Translations under genes and position numbers: made by a program | Shown here: piece by piece, positions 55,902 through 64,000 of the stretch | Position numbering within the stretch: position 1 is the stretch's first letter | Layout: the number at the start of each line of letters is the position of its first letter | Notes under the pieces: model-generated | The model's input: only the letters and a program-made list of their open reading frames with translations | What the model was told of the DNA's origin: nothing | The model's database searches: none | Assembly: GCA_949101405.1 (NCBI GenBank) | Contig: CARYFM010000002.1 | Coordinates: forward strand, 40,621 to 104,620 | Origin: an uncultured Candidatus Saccharibacteria bacterium | GTDB lineage: Bacteria; Patescibacteriota; Saccharimonadia; Saccharimonadales; Saccharimonadaceae | Length of the DNA stretch: 64,000 nucleotides | Direction of reading: 5' to 3'

Positions 55902-58004
55902 ATGCCTAAATTTGAGTTAGTTTCTAAATATCAGCCTACTGGTGATCAGCCATTTGCGATCAAACAATTGACTGATGGGCTTGACGCTGGTGTGCGTGAA
56001 CAAACCTTGCTGGGCGTGACTGGCTCCGGCAAGACTTTTACCATGGCAAACTTAATTCAAAATGTCCAAAAACCAACTTTGATTTTAGCGCACAACAAAA
56101 CCTTGGCCGCACAGCTCTATTCTGAATTTCGAGAATTCTTTCCCAAAAACGAGGTGCATTATTTTGTATCATACTTCGATTATTATCAGCCAGAAGCTTA
56201 CATTGCTAGCACCGATACCTATATTGAAAAAGATTCAGCCATCAATGACGAAATCGACCGCTTGCGCCATGCGGCTACAGTGGCGCTCTTAACTCGTCCT
56301 GATACGATTGTGGTGGCGTCGGTCTCATGTATCTATGGCATCGGTTCGCCCGATCATTACACCGAGATGTCTTTGCCACTTATTAAAGTTGATGGCGAGT
56401 GGCGCATTGCAGGGTCTAGCAACTGGTGGGGTAACATTGCGCAAGAAGATAGTAATGGCGTATTCTCGCCCAAATTATTAGTTAACTCGCTTACTCAAGC
56501 TAACGGTTCGCTCAGTCAACAAAATTTCTTAATTTATCTTGTAGCCATGCAATATCACCGCAATGATCTGGCTTTTGAGCGTGGTAATTTTCGGGTTATG
56601 GGTGATACGGTAGACTTGTTTCCGGCTAGTGGGGAATGGGCTTATCGTTTTGAATTTGGTTTTGACACTCTAGAAACTGTACGTATTATTGACCCATTGA
56701 CGGCGGAGACGCGTGAGAAGCCCGAGCGCATTCACATTTTTCCAAATACGCACTATGCTACTCCGAAAGACCAACTGGAGCGCGCTTTAGATGGGATTCA
56801 AGTAGAGTTCGACCAACGCCTTAAATATTTTGAAGAACATGAGAAGTTCTTGGAAGCTCAGCGCCTCAGCCAACGTACCAAATACGACATTGAAATGTTG
56901 CGCGAAACAGGTTTTGTTAAGGGAATTGAAAACTATTCTCGACATTTGGACGGACGTAAAGCAGGACAACCGCCAGCAACTTTGATTGATTTCTTCCCCA
57001 AAGATTTCTTGTTACTGGTGGATGAGAGTCATATGACGCTACCTCAGGTACGCGGCATGTATAATGGCGACCATGCTCGCAAGATGACTTTGGTAGAATA
57101 TGGTTTTCGGCTACCGAGTGCGCTAGATAACCGTCCGCTCACTTTTCCTGAATTTCAGAAACATATTAGCCAGGCAGTATATGTTTCAGCTACTCCTGGA
57201 CCATACGAGCTAGAAAATTCTCCGAAACCAGCTGAGCAGGTGATTCGTCCTACTGGACTCTTGGACCCAGAAATCGAAGTGCGTCCATCAGAGGGGCAAA
57301 TTGATAATTTGATGGAAGAGATTGACTGGCGCATTGCCAAGGGTCAGCGTACACTAGTTACTACCCTCACTAAGCGTATGGCTGAAGATTTAACCGATTA
57401 TCTTAAAGAACGCAACATAAAGGTGGCATATATCCATTCTGACATTGACACTTTGGAGCGAGGCGATATTCTGCGTGACTTGCGGGCTGGAGTCTACGAT
57501 GTGCTAGTTGGAATTAACCTCTTGCGTGAGGGTCTGGATTTACCCGAAGTCTCCCTTGTAGCAATTTTAGATGCCGACAAAGAGGGTTTTTTGCGGTCTG
57601 AAAGTGCCCTGATCCAGACAATCGGTCGCGCCGCCCGTCATGTAGATGGGCATGTGATTATGTATGCTGATAATATCACTGAGAGTATGGAAAAGGCCAT
57701 CTCTGAAACTAATCGTCGGCGCGAAATCCAACAGCAATATAATATCGAGCATAACATTACGCCGCATTCCGTCAAAAAAGAGATTAGCGCTGGGCTACGT
57801 GCAATTATTCCCGAAAAAGAGCAGGTCTCCAAACTCGATCTGCGACGCATTCCGTCCGAAGAATTACCAAGCCTAGTCAAAGAGTTGCGTTCGCAGATGC
57901 AACTTGCGGCGGCCAATCTGGACTTTGAAAAGGCCGCCTTGATTCGTGACCAGATTCAAGAAATTGAAGAAACCAGTAAATCTAGTAAAACTAAACGTAA
58001 ATAG
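55902..58004 (+). CDS. uvrB: Excinuclease ABC subunit B
   Basis: [46 protein letters not shown] and UVR domain. Confidence 0.98.
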   Translation: MPKFELVSKYQPTGDQPFAIKQLTDGLDAGVREQTLLGVTGSGKTFTMANLIQNVQKPTLILAHNKTLAAQLYSEFREFFPKNEVHYFVSYFDYYQPEAYIASTDTYIEKDSAINDEIDRLRHAATVALLTRPDTIVVASVSCIYGIGSPDHYTEMSLPLIKVDGEWRIAGSSNWWGNIAQEDSNGVFSPKLLVNSLTQANGSLSQQNFLIYLVAMQYHRNDLAFERGNFRVMGDTVDLFPASGEWAYRFEFGFDTLETVRIIDPLTAETREKPERIHIFPNTHYATPKDQLERALDGIQVEFDQRLKYFEEHEKFLEAQRLSQRTKYDIEMLRETGFVKGIENYSRHLDGRKAGQPPATLIDFFPKDFLLLVDESHMTLPQVRGMYNGDHARKMTLVEYGFRLPSALDNRPLTFPEFQKHISQAVYVSATPGPYELENSPKPAEQVIRPTGLLDPEIEVRPSEGQIDNLMEEIDWRIAKGQRTLVTTLTKRMAEDLTDYLKERNIKVAYIHSDIDTLERGDILRDLRAGVYDVLVGINLLREGLDLPEVSLVAILDADKEGFLRSESALIQTIGRAARHVDGHVIMYADNITESMEKAISETNRRREIQQQYNIEHNITPHSVKKEISAGLRAIIPEKEQVSKLDLRRIPSEELPSLVKELRSQMQLAAANLDFEKAALIRDQIQEIEETSKSSKTKRK

Positions 58005-58047
58005 GGGTGATATTGACATCGGGGTGGGGGGTGATTATAATTGAGTC

Positions 58048-58965
58048 ATGAATTTGTATGTTTACGGTCTTGAAGCTGATTTTACTAAGGCGCAAAGGTC
58101 TAGTCTAGATAGTAACTTTGGTAAGGTCGAATTCGTTAAACAAGCTTCCTTCGATCGCTTATTTCAAGACCCTGAGCCTAAAGTAATTGCCCTTGATCCT
58201 GATATTACCGGATGGAATATCTCTAATGAAGACATAGTAAAAATCCCCCATCTTAAAGCAATTTGCCTACAAACTACTGGCTATGAATGGGTGGATGGCG
58301 ATTTTTGTCGCAAACATGATATTGCTGTCACCAACGTCCCGCACTACGCTACAATTTCGGTGGCAGAAAAATGTATTTTTATGGCTTTGGCCCTAGCTAA
58401 ACGTTACCCGCTCTATTTACGGAATGGCGGTATGAGCTATGCGCCAGAATTTATTGGTGACGAGTTATATAATAAGCCCACTGACATCATCGGCTTTGGT
58501 GAAATTGGTCATGCTTTGGCGCACCGGCTAGACGGATTGGTGGGGAGAAAAGAAATTTGCTATTATTCTCATAATCAAAACGACCCAGAATTCCACTTCT
58601 GGCAATTTCAAGATATGCTAGAAAAATCGGAATATATGTTTATTACGATTTCCAAGAACCCAGAAAGTCTAGCGTTGTTTGATGATTTGTCGAAATTTAA
58701 TCATAAAATGAAGGTGATTATTATTTCTAACGGTTTTGAGGAAGTGACTAAGAGGCTGGTAGCAAAATGTGAAGCTGGGGAGCTGGGCGGAGTAGCTTTT
58801 GAGAGTGACGATCCAGAAATTCTAAATTATTCATATAAAAGCAATATTTTTGTGACACCGCACAATGCGCATTGCACTAGGGAAGCCTTATCACGGCTTT
58901 TTGAAATTTGGACTGATACAATAATTTCTGTTACGGATTCTCAGATTATTAATCAAGTAAACTAA
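58048..58965 (+). CDS. D-isomer-specific 2-hydroxyacid dehydrogenase family protein (diverged)
   Basis: TTGYEWVD, VTNVPHYA..SVAE, IIGFGEIG, TPHNA. Confidence 0.8.
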   Translation: MNLYVYGLEADFTKAQRSSLDSNFGKVEFVKQASFDRLFQDPEPKVIALDPDITGWNISNEDIVKIPHLKAICLQTTGYEWVDGDFCRKHDIAVTNVPHYATISVAEKCIFMALALAKRYPLYLRNGGMSYAPEFIGDELYNKPTDIIGFGEIGHALAHRLDGLVGRKEICYYSHNQNDPEFHFWQFQDMLEKSEYMFITISKNPESLALFDDLSKFNHKMKVIIISNGFEEVTKRLVAKCEAGELGGVAFESDDPEILNYSYKSNIFVTPHNAHCTREALSRLFEIWTDTIISVTDSQIINQVN

Positions 58966-58966
58966 A

Positions 58967-59269
58967 ATGCGCGAAATTCATAAAAAGATTAGTTCAGAAT
59001 ATTTTGAGAAAATTCGCTCAGGTGAAAAGACCTTTGAATATCGCGTAAATGATTTTGTATGTAAACCAGGCGATATTCTGGTTTTAGAAGAATATGAATA
59101 TGACCTAGGACAAACAACCATTGAGGGGCGCCGTCCTACTGGTAGGTCTATCCGTAAAAGAGTTGGATACGTCGGATACACCACAGAATTTGACTGGTTA
59201 GAACGTCCAGACGTCAAGGCTAATCTAGATAAATACGGAGCGCAGATCATCTCTCTATTAGATGAATAG
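58967..59269 (+). CDS. DUF3850/ASCH-like protein
   Basis: H.KI..EYFEKI.SGEKTFEYR...GDIL.LEEY...TGR. Confidence 0.8.
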   Translation: MREIHKKISSEYFEKIRSGEKTFEYRVNDFVCKPGDILVLEEYEYDLGQTTIEGRRPTGRSIRKRVGYVGYTTEFDWLERPDVKANLDKYGAQIISLLDE

Positions 59270-59370
59270 TTTTTCTTATCTCTCACACCCCATGTGGCGA
59301 CAGCCACATGGGAACTCGTCGGTTCGGTCAAAAGGAAAAACAGGTATTGTTCTTCCTTTTGACACTCATG

Positions 59371-59607
59371 CTCCTCACCATCCCTAATACAGTACTCAGG
59401 CAGCGGAGGGGGAAACCGACCCAGCGAGCCGCCGGGCCATTCGACGGATCGACGCCAGTAGATCCAAAGCTGAGGTAGTAACCGCCAAGACCAGCAGAGC
59501 CCCAAACATTACCAGCCCCACACGACGACCACCAGCGGCCTTCGCGGCCAGCGTCCCTGAAAGTACCAGCAGAAAACGTCAAAATAAAGTGCCCGCTGCG
59601 CACGAAG
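59371..59607 (-). repeat. Type A variable cassette C7
   Basis: Both terminal motifs, 75 codons. One extra G before TGAGGAG shifts the stop. Confidence 0.9.
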
Positions 59608-59652
59608 TGGGTTAGAATATTATCAATAATGTTGTAAGATATGTTCAGGGCA

Positions 59653-59736
59653 AAACCTATACCACTGGTATAGGTTTTGCTAAAGACTAACAGGGGTAGA
59701 GATTTCTCAAACCTATACTAGTAGTATAGGTTTAGT
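59653..59736. repeat. Twin-palindrome element, copy 2, between divergent cassettes C7 and C8
   Basis: AAACCTATACCACTGGTATAGGTTT, then TAACAGGGG, then AAACCTATACTAGTAGTATAGGTTT. Confidence 0.85.
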
Positions 59737-59740
59737 ATCT

Positions 59741-59954
59741 TTCGTGCGCAGCGGACATGTTAATCCGGACAACTCTGCTGGCCCGTTTAGAAATCCTGCT
59801 CTTGAAGGTGCATGGTGGTCGTCACGAAGTGCAACTGCGTCATCTGCCAATCACCTTCTTTTTAATGCTACCGTTACAAAAGTATCATTGGAAGACGCTC
59901 GCTACTACGGTACCCCCCTCCGCTGCCTGAGTACTGTATTAGGGATGGGGGGAG
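59741..59954 (+). repeat. Type A variable cassette C8
   Basis: Both terminal motifs, 68 codons. TGA is replaced by GGG. Confidence 0.9.
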
Positions 59955-60268
59955 ATGGAGGTTACTATGATAGTGATGCTTTGGCGTTTACGTTTTGAAT
60001 TTATACTCAATCCAAAAGTACGAGTTAACTTTATCAAAAAGAAGCGCAACAAAAAAGTTAGTTCACGCAAACGCAAGAACTAACACCTAGTTAATCCCAT
60101 TCTCGCACAAACAAGGGGCTGTGCTAATGCTTATTATTGTCCTATAAGACATATTTTCGTAACAAATAAACTCTTTACTTTTAAGAGAAAATTAGTTATC
60201 ATATAGAAGTAGAGTTGGAGCTGGTTGATATTAGTGCTCTAACAAAATAATAATTAAAAGGAGAAAGA

Positions 60269-61453
60269 ATGGCAGAATTTGACCGTTCCAAGCCACATAT
60301 CAACGTCGGTACGATGGGCCACGTTGACCACGGTAAGACTACTCTTACTGCTGCAATCACCAATGTGCTTGCAAAGAAACTTCCATCAGAAGTTAACAAA
60401 GCTGTTGCTTATGACCAAATCGATAACGCTCCAGAAGAAAAAGCTCGTGGTATTACCATCGCTACTTCTCACCAGGAGTATGAGTCTGACAATCGTCACT
60501 ATGCGCACGTTGACATGCCAGGTCACGCCGACTACATCAAGAACATGATTACCGGTGCTGCCCAGGTTGACGGTGCTATCTTGGTGGTTGCTGCTAACGA
60601 TGGTCCATTGCCACAGACTCGCGAGCACGTTTTGCTTGCTCACCAGGTGAACGTACCAAAGATCATTGTCTTCTTGAACAAGATGGACCTCGCTGACCCA
60701 GAGTTGGTTGAGCTTGTTGAGATGGATGTACGTGACCTCTTGAACCAATACGGTTTCGACGGTGACAATACTCCAATCATCAAGGGTTCTGCTACTAAGG
60801 CTCTCGAAGGTGATGCTGCTAACGAAGACGCTATCATGGAACTCGTCAAGGCTATGGATGAATACTTCGATATCCCAGAGCACGATCTTGACAAACCATT
60901 CCTGATGCCAATTGAGGACGTCTTCTCCATCAAGGGTCGTGGTACTGTTGCCACTGGTCGTATCGAGCAGGGTGTTATTAAATTGAACGACGAAGTTGAA
61001 ATCGTTGGTCTCAAAGACACTCAAAAATCTGTGGTTACTGGTATTGAAGCCTTCCACAAGACCCTCGACCAAGGTCAAGCCGGTGACAACGCTGGTTTGT
61101 TGCTCCGTGGTATTGAGCGCGAGCAGATCGAGCGTGGCCAGGTGATTGCTGCTCCAGGTAGCATTACCCCACACACCGAGTTCGAGGCTCAAGTTTACAT
61201 CTTGAAGAAAGAGGAAGGTGGTCGCCACACTCCATTCTCCAAGGGTTACAAGCCACAGTTCTACTTCCGCACTACTGACGTGACTGGTGAAGTTGAACTC
61301 CCAGCTGACAAGGAAATTGTCATGCCTGGTGACACTGTTACCTTCAAGGTTAAGTTGCTCGCTCCAATCGCTATGAACAACAATGACCGCTTCGCTATTC
61401 GTGAAGGTGGTAAGACCGTTGGTTCTGGTGTTGTAACCAGCATCGTCAAGTAA
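60269..61453 (+). CDS. tuf: Elongation factor Tu
   Basis: [39 protein letters not shown]. Confidence 0.99.
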   Translation: MAEFDRSKPHINVGTMGHVDHGKTTLTAAITNVLAKKLPSEVNKAVAYDQIDNAPEEKARGITIATSHQEYESDNRHYAHVDMPGHADYIKNMITGAAQVDGAILVVAANDGPLPQTREHVLLAHQVNVPKIIVFLNKMDLADPELVELVEMDVRDLLNQYGFDGDNTPIIKGSATKALEGDAANEDAIMELVKAMDEYFDIPEHDLDKPFLMPIEDVFSIKGRGTVATGRIEQGVIKLNDEVEIVGLKDTQKSVVTGIEAFHKTLDQGQAGDNAGLLLRGIEREQIERGQVIAAPGSITPHTEFEAQVYILKKEEGGRHTPFSKGYKPQFYFRTTDVTGEVELPADKEIVMPGDTVTFKVKLLAPIAMNNNDRFAIREGGKTVGSGVVTSIVK

Positions 61454-61624
61454 CATACCTAATATTACAGAAAAATCCCTCGGAAACGGGGGATTTTTCG
61501 TATAAATATTGACTTTTTAACGTTAGTATGATACAATGGAAGTATAAGTTATAAATATGTCCCTAAAAACTCATAGACAGCCCGTCTAGAGGTCATCTGA
61601 GGTTATAGGGCAAGAAAGGAAAAT

Positions 61625-61951
61625 ATGACCGAAGCCAAGAAAAGCGAAGGTTTAAAGATTCGTATCCGTCTCAAGGCATACGACCACCGCGTAATCGACC
61701 AGAGCGCAAAACAAATTGTTGACACCGCCATTCGGACTGGCGCCACCGTTTCTGGTCCAGTACCTCTGCCAACCAAGCGTAGCACTTTTACTGTCGTCAA
61801 ATCGCCACATGTCTACAAGACTGGCGGTGAGGCGTTCGAAATGAAAGTTCACAAGCGCTTGATCGATATCTCTAACGCCACACCAAAGACGATTGATTCT
61901 TTACAGAATCTCTCTCTACCAGCGGGCGTTGATGCCGAAATTAAGATGTAA
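61625..61951 (+). CDS. rpsJ: 30S ribosomal protein S10
   Basis: [26 protein letters not shown]. Confidence 0.98.
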   Translation: MTEAKKSEGLKIRIRLKAYDHRVIDQSAKQIVDTAIRTGATVSGPVPLPTKRSTFTVVKSPHVYKTGGEAFEMKVHKRLIDISNATPKTIDSLQNLSLPAGVDAEIKM

Positions 61952-62012
61952 ATTAGCATTAAAAAATCTCCCTAGGACGCACCTAGGGAGATTTTTGTGC
62001 TATAATGGTTAC

Positions 62013-63284
62013 ATGACTGTGGTAATGCGGCTCAAAAAACGCTTCTATTTCGTTGCAGCAAGATATTTCCGCTTTTTTGCTAATTTTGCGTTTAAACGCT
62101 GGAGCCCACGGGTAATTGCTGTGACTGGCTCAGCTGGCAAGACCACTATGTTGCATATGGTTGAGTTTGAACTGGGTGATAAGGCACATTATTCACATGA
62201 CGCCAATTCAGCCTTTGGCATTGCTTTTGACCTTTTAGGTATGGACGGTGTCCGTGGGTCAAAATTACATTGGATCAAGCTAATTCTTCAGGCGCCCGTG
62301 CGCGCTTTATACTATCGGCGCAGTGGGGAATTCTATGTTGTCGAAATTGATGGCGAGCGTCCACGCGAGACCGAATTTTTGGCTACTTGGTTAAAACCAG
62401 AAGTAACGCTTTGGGTATCTTTAGGACTTTCGCATGCTGTACAGTTCGAGCAAGAGGTACAGACTGGCAAATTTTCTAGCCTTGATGAAGCTATCGCTCA
62501 CGAATTTGCGACGTTGCCAGCTAATACCACTAAGCAGGTTTACATTGATGCCGACAGCGAATTGATGAGCGCTGCTACCAAAGGTATTCAGGCAAAAGTT
62601 ACTGCCCTTAGCCGCAGCACCTTGAAGCGTTATAATGTTTATCCGACACGTACAGATTTTATTTTTGATTCCGCATCGTTCCATTTTGCACAGCCTCAGC
62701 CCAAAGATTTAGCAATTCAGCTGCTGATGCTGGAAAAACTAGTAGATTATTTGCAAGTTCCCCTCAAGACTGATTTTTCAAACATGCCAGTACCACCTGG
62801 GCGCAGCTCATATTTTCCGGGCAAGAATGGACTCAATATTATTGATAGCAGCTATAACGCGCACCTGATTAGTGTAGAGAGTATTCTTGAGATGGCGAAG
62901 AATCTTCATGCCGGACATAAGTGGCTAATTATTGGCGACATTGTTGATCAGGGTTCGCTTGAGGGGGAGGAGCACCGGAAATTAGCTGATTTAATTGCAG
63001 GCGTTAACCCTGAGATGGTAATTTTAGTTGGGCGCCGCACCAAGGAATATGCTGCTCCACGACTTCGAGAATTGGGTATAGAGACTCGCACTACACTCGA
63101 CCCGCATAAGGCACTTAAGTTCATCGAGTCTCACACTACTGGCGAAGAAACCTTGATTTTCAAAGGTAGCCAGTACCTCGAGTGGATTATCGAGCAATTA
63201 TTAGAGAACCCAGAAGATGCCAAAAAACTACCACGTCGTGAAAAGGCAGCGGTTAAGCGGCGTGCTAAACGGGGATTAAACTAA
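62013..63284 (+). CDS. Mur ligase (MurF-like)
   Basis: IAVTGSAGKTT, PGR, IIDSSYNA, IGD...G...H, FKGS. Confidence 0.85.
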   Translation: MTVVMRLKKRFYFVAARYFRFFANFAFKRWSPRVIAVTGSAGKTTMLHMVEFELGDKAHYSHDANSAFGIAFDLLGMDGVRGSKLHWIKLILQAPVRALYYRRSGEFYVVEIDGERPRETEFLATWLKPEVTLWVSLGLSHAVQFEQEVQTGKFSSLDEAIAHEFATLPANTTKQVYIDADSELMSAATKGIQAKVTALSRSTLKRYNVYPTRTDFIFDSASFHFAQPQPKDLAIQLLMLEKLVDYLQVPLKTDFSNMPVPPGRSSYFPGKNGLNIIDSSYNAHLISVESILEMAKNLHAGHKWLIIGDIVDQGSLEGEEHRKLADLIAGVNPEMVILVGRRTKEYAAPRLRELGIETRTTLDPHKALKFIESHTTGEETLIFKGSQYLEWIIEQLLENPEDAKKLPRREKAAVKRRAKRGLN

Positions 63285-63285
63285 T

Positions 63286-64000
63286 ATGAAAAAGCCCAAG
63301 CTATATATTATTCATGGTTGGACTTATACCACGGCGCCGTGGACGCGCACCATTGGCTTACTGGAAAAGAAAGGCATCAAAGTAGAAATGCTGCATGTGC
63401 CTGGTCTTACTACCCCATCCAAAAAGGTTTGGACGATTGATGATTATGTTAAATGGGCCGATCGTAATATCCCCAAAGGCTCAATTGCTCTAGGACACAG
63501 TAACGGTGGTCGTATTCTGCTTAACCTCTGTAGTGAGAAACCTGATAAGCTCAAACATTTAATCTTGCTTGATGCCGCAGGCATCTACGAAATTTCCAAT
63601 AAGCGCGATGTTGTGCGCACTATTTCCAAAAAAATGAGTTTTCTGAAGCACGTGCCAGGATTAACTAAAATCTGGCATAAATTGACTGGCTCTACTGATT
63701 ATGCTCGCGCTCCAGAAAACATGAAACGGACTCTATCTAATATGCTAGAATCCGATCGTAGTCTAGATCTTAGTAAGGTGCTGACGCCCACTTCAATTTT
63801 ATGGGGTGCGGCGGATACGGTAACTCCTCCCCGGCAGGCAGAAATGATGCATGTCCGTATCGTCAACAGTACACTAGAGATTTTCCCTGATTGGACGCAT
63901 GCTCCATATTTATCCCATCCAGTGGAATTAGCCAAAGCTATTTATGAGGCTTTTATGCATCCTCCCGAAATTAAACTTCCAGCCGTCGATAGTGCGGCAG
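63286..64000 (+). CDS. Alpha/beta hydrolase, 3'-truncated by window edge
   Basis: Not in the ORF track. Reads MKKPKLYIIHGW...GHSNGG...LILLDAAG...WGAAD...HAP. Confidence 0.85.
   Translation, partial: MKKPKLYIIHGWTYTTAPWTRTIGLLEKKGIKVEMLHVPGLTTPSKKVWTIDDYVKWADRNIPKGSIALGHSNGGRILLNLCSEKPDKLKHLILLDAAGIYEISNKRDVVRTISKKMSFLKHVPGLTKIWHKLTGSTDYARAPENMKRTLSNMLESDRSLDLSKVLTPTSILWGAADTVTPPRQAEMMHVRIVNSTLEIFPDWTHAPYLSHPVELAKAIYEAFMHPPEIKLPAVDSAA

Noticed and set aside
58978..59505. ORFs containing FPPPLPEYCIRD (also 32317-32604)
   Set aside because: Alternative-frame readings of the conserved cassette end, running antisense into real genes.
60386..61456. 356-aa antisense ORF over tuf (also 6006-6578 and many shorter shadow ORFs)
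   Set aside because: Mirror frames of strongly codon-biased real genes, with no recognisable motifs.
61625..61951. rpsJ not followed by rplC and tuf not preceded by fusA
   Set aside because: Operon splitting is common in reduced genomes and nothing else marks it as special.

Overview
Bacterial chromosomal window. The compact gene set, alpha2-type glycyl-tRNA synthetase and pervasive extended -10 boxes directly before start codons suggest Patescibacteria/Saccharibacteria (inference, not searched). Housekeeping content: sbcB (partial), uvrA, pyk, pgk, rplY, rpmA, xseAB, recO, rarA, ppa, glyQS, glyA, hisS, lemA-htpX, ligA, uvrB, tuf, rpsJ, a Mur ligase and 8 tRNAs. Two systems stand out. (1) Eight dispersed ~200-230 bp cassettes each encode only the C-terminal end of a Fib_succ_major/CLec-like domain (VRSG...WSS...PLRC). 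They have fixed DNA ends and hypervariable in-frame interiors with an AAC->NNC pattern like that of diversity-generating retroelements (DGRs). Six are gene-less 'variable repeat'-like copies sharing an identical 34-nt 3' end. Two are stand-alone 'template'-like RNA units with their own -10 box, a conserved structured leader and 5'/3' complementarity. No reverse transcriptase or full-length target gene is in the window. (2) A tyrosine recombinase lies between perfect 155-bp inverted repeats that form the 5' ends of two alternative WxL-like secreted protein genes. Only one copy has a complete sigma70 promoter, which predicts an invertible promoter switch.
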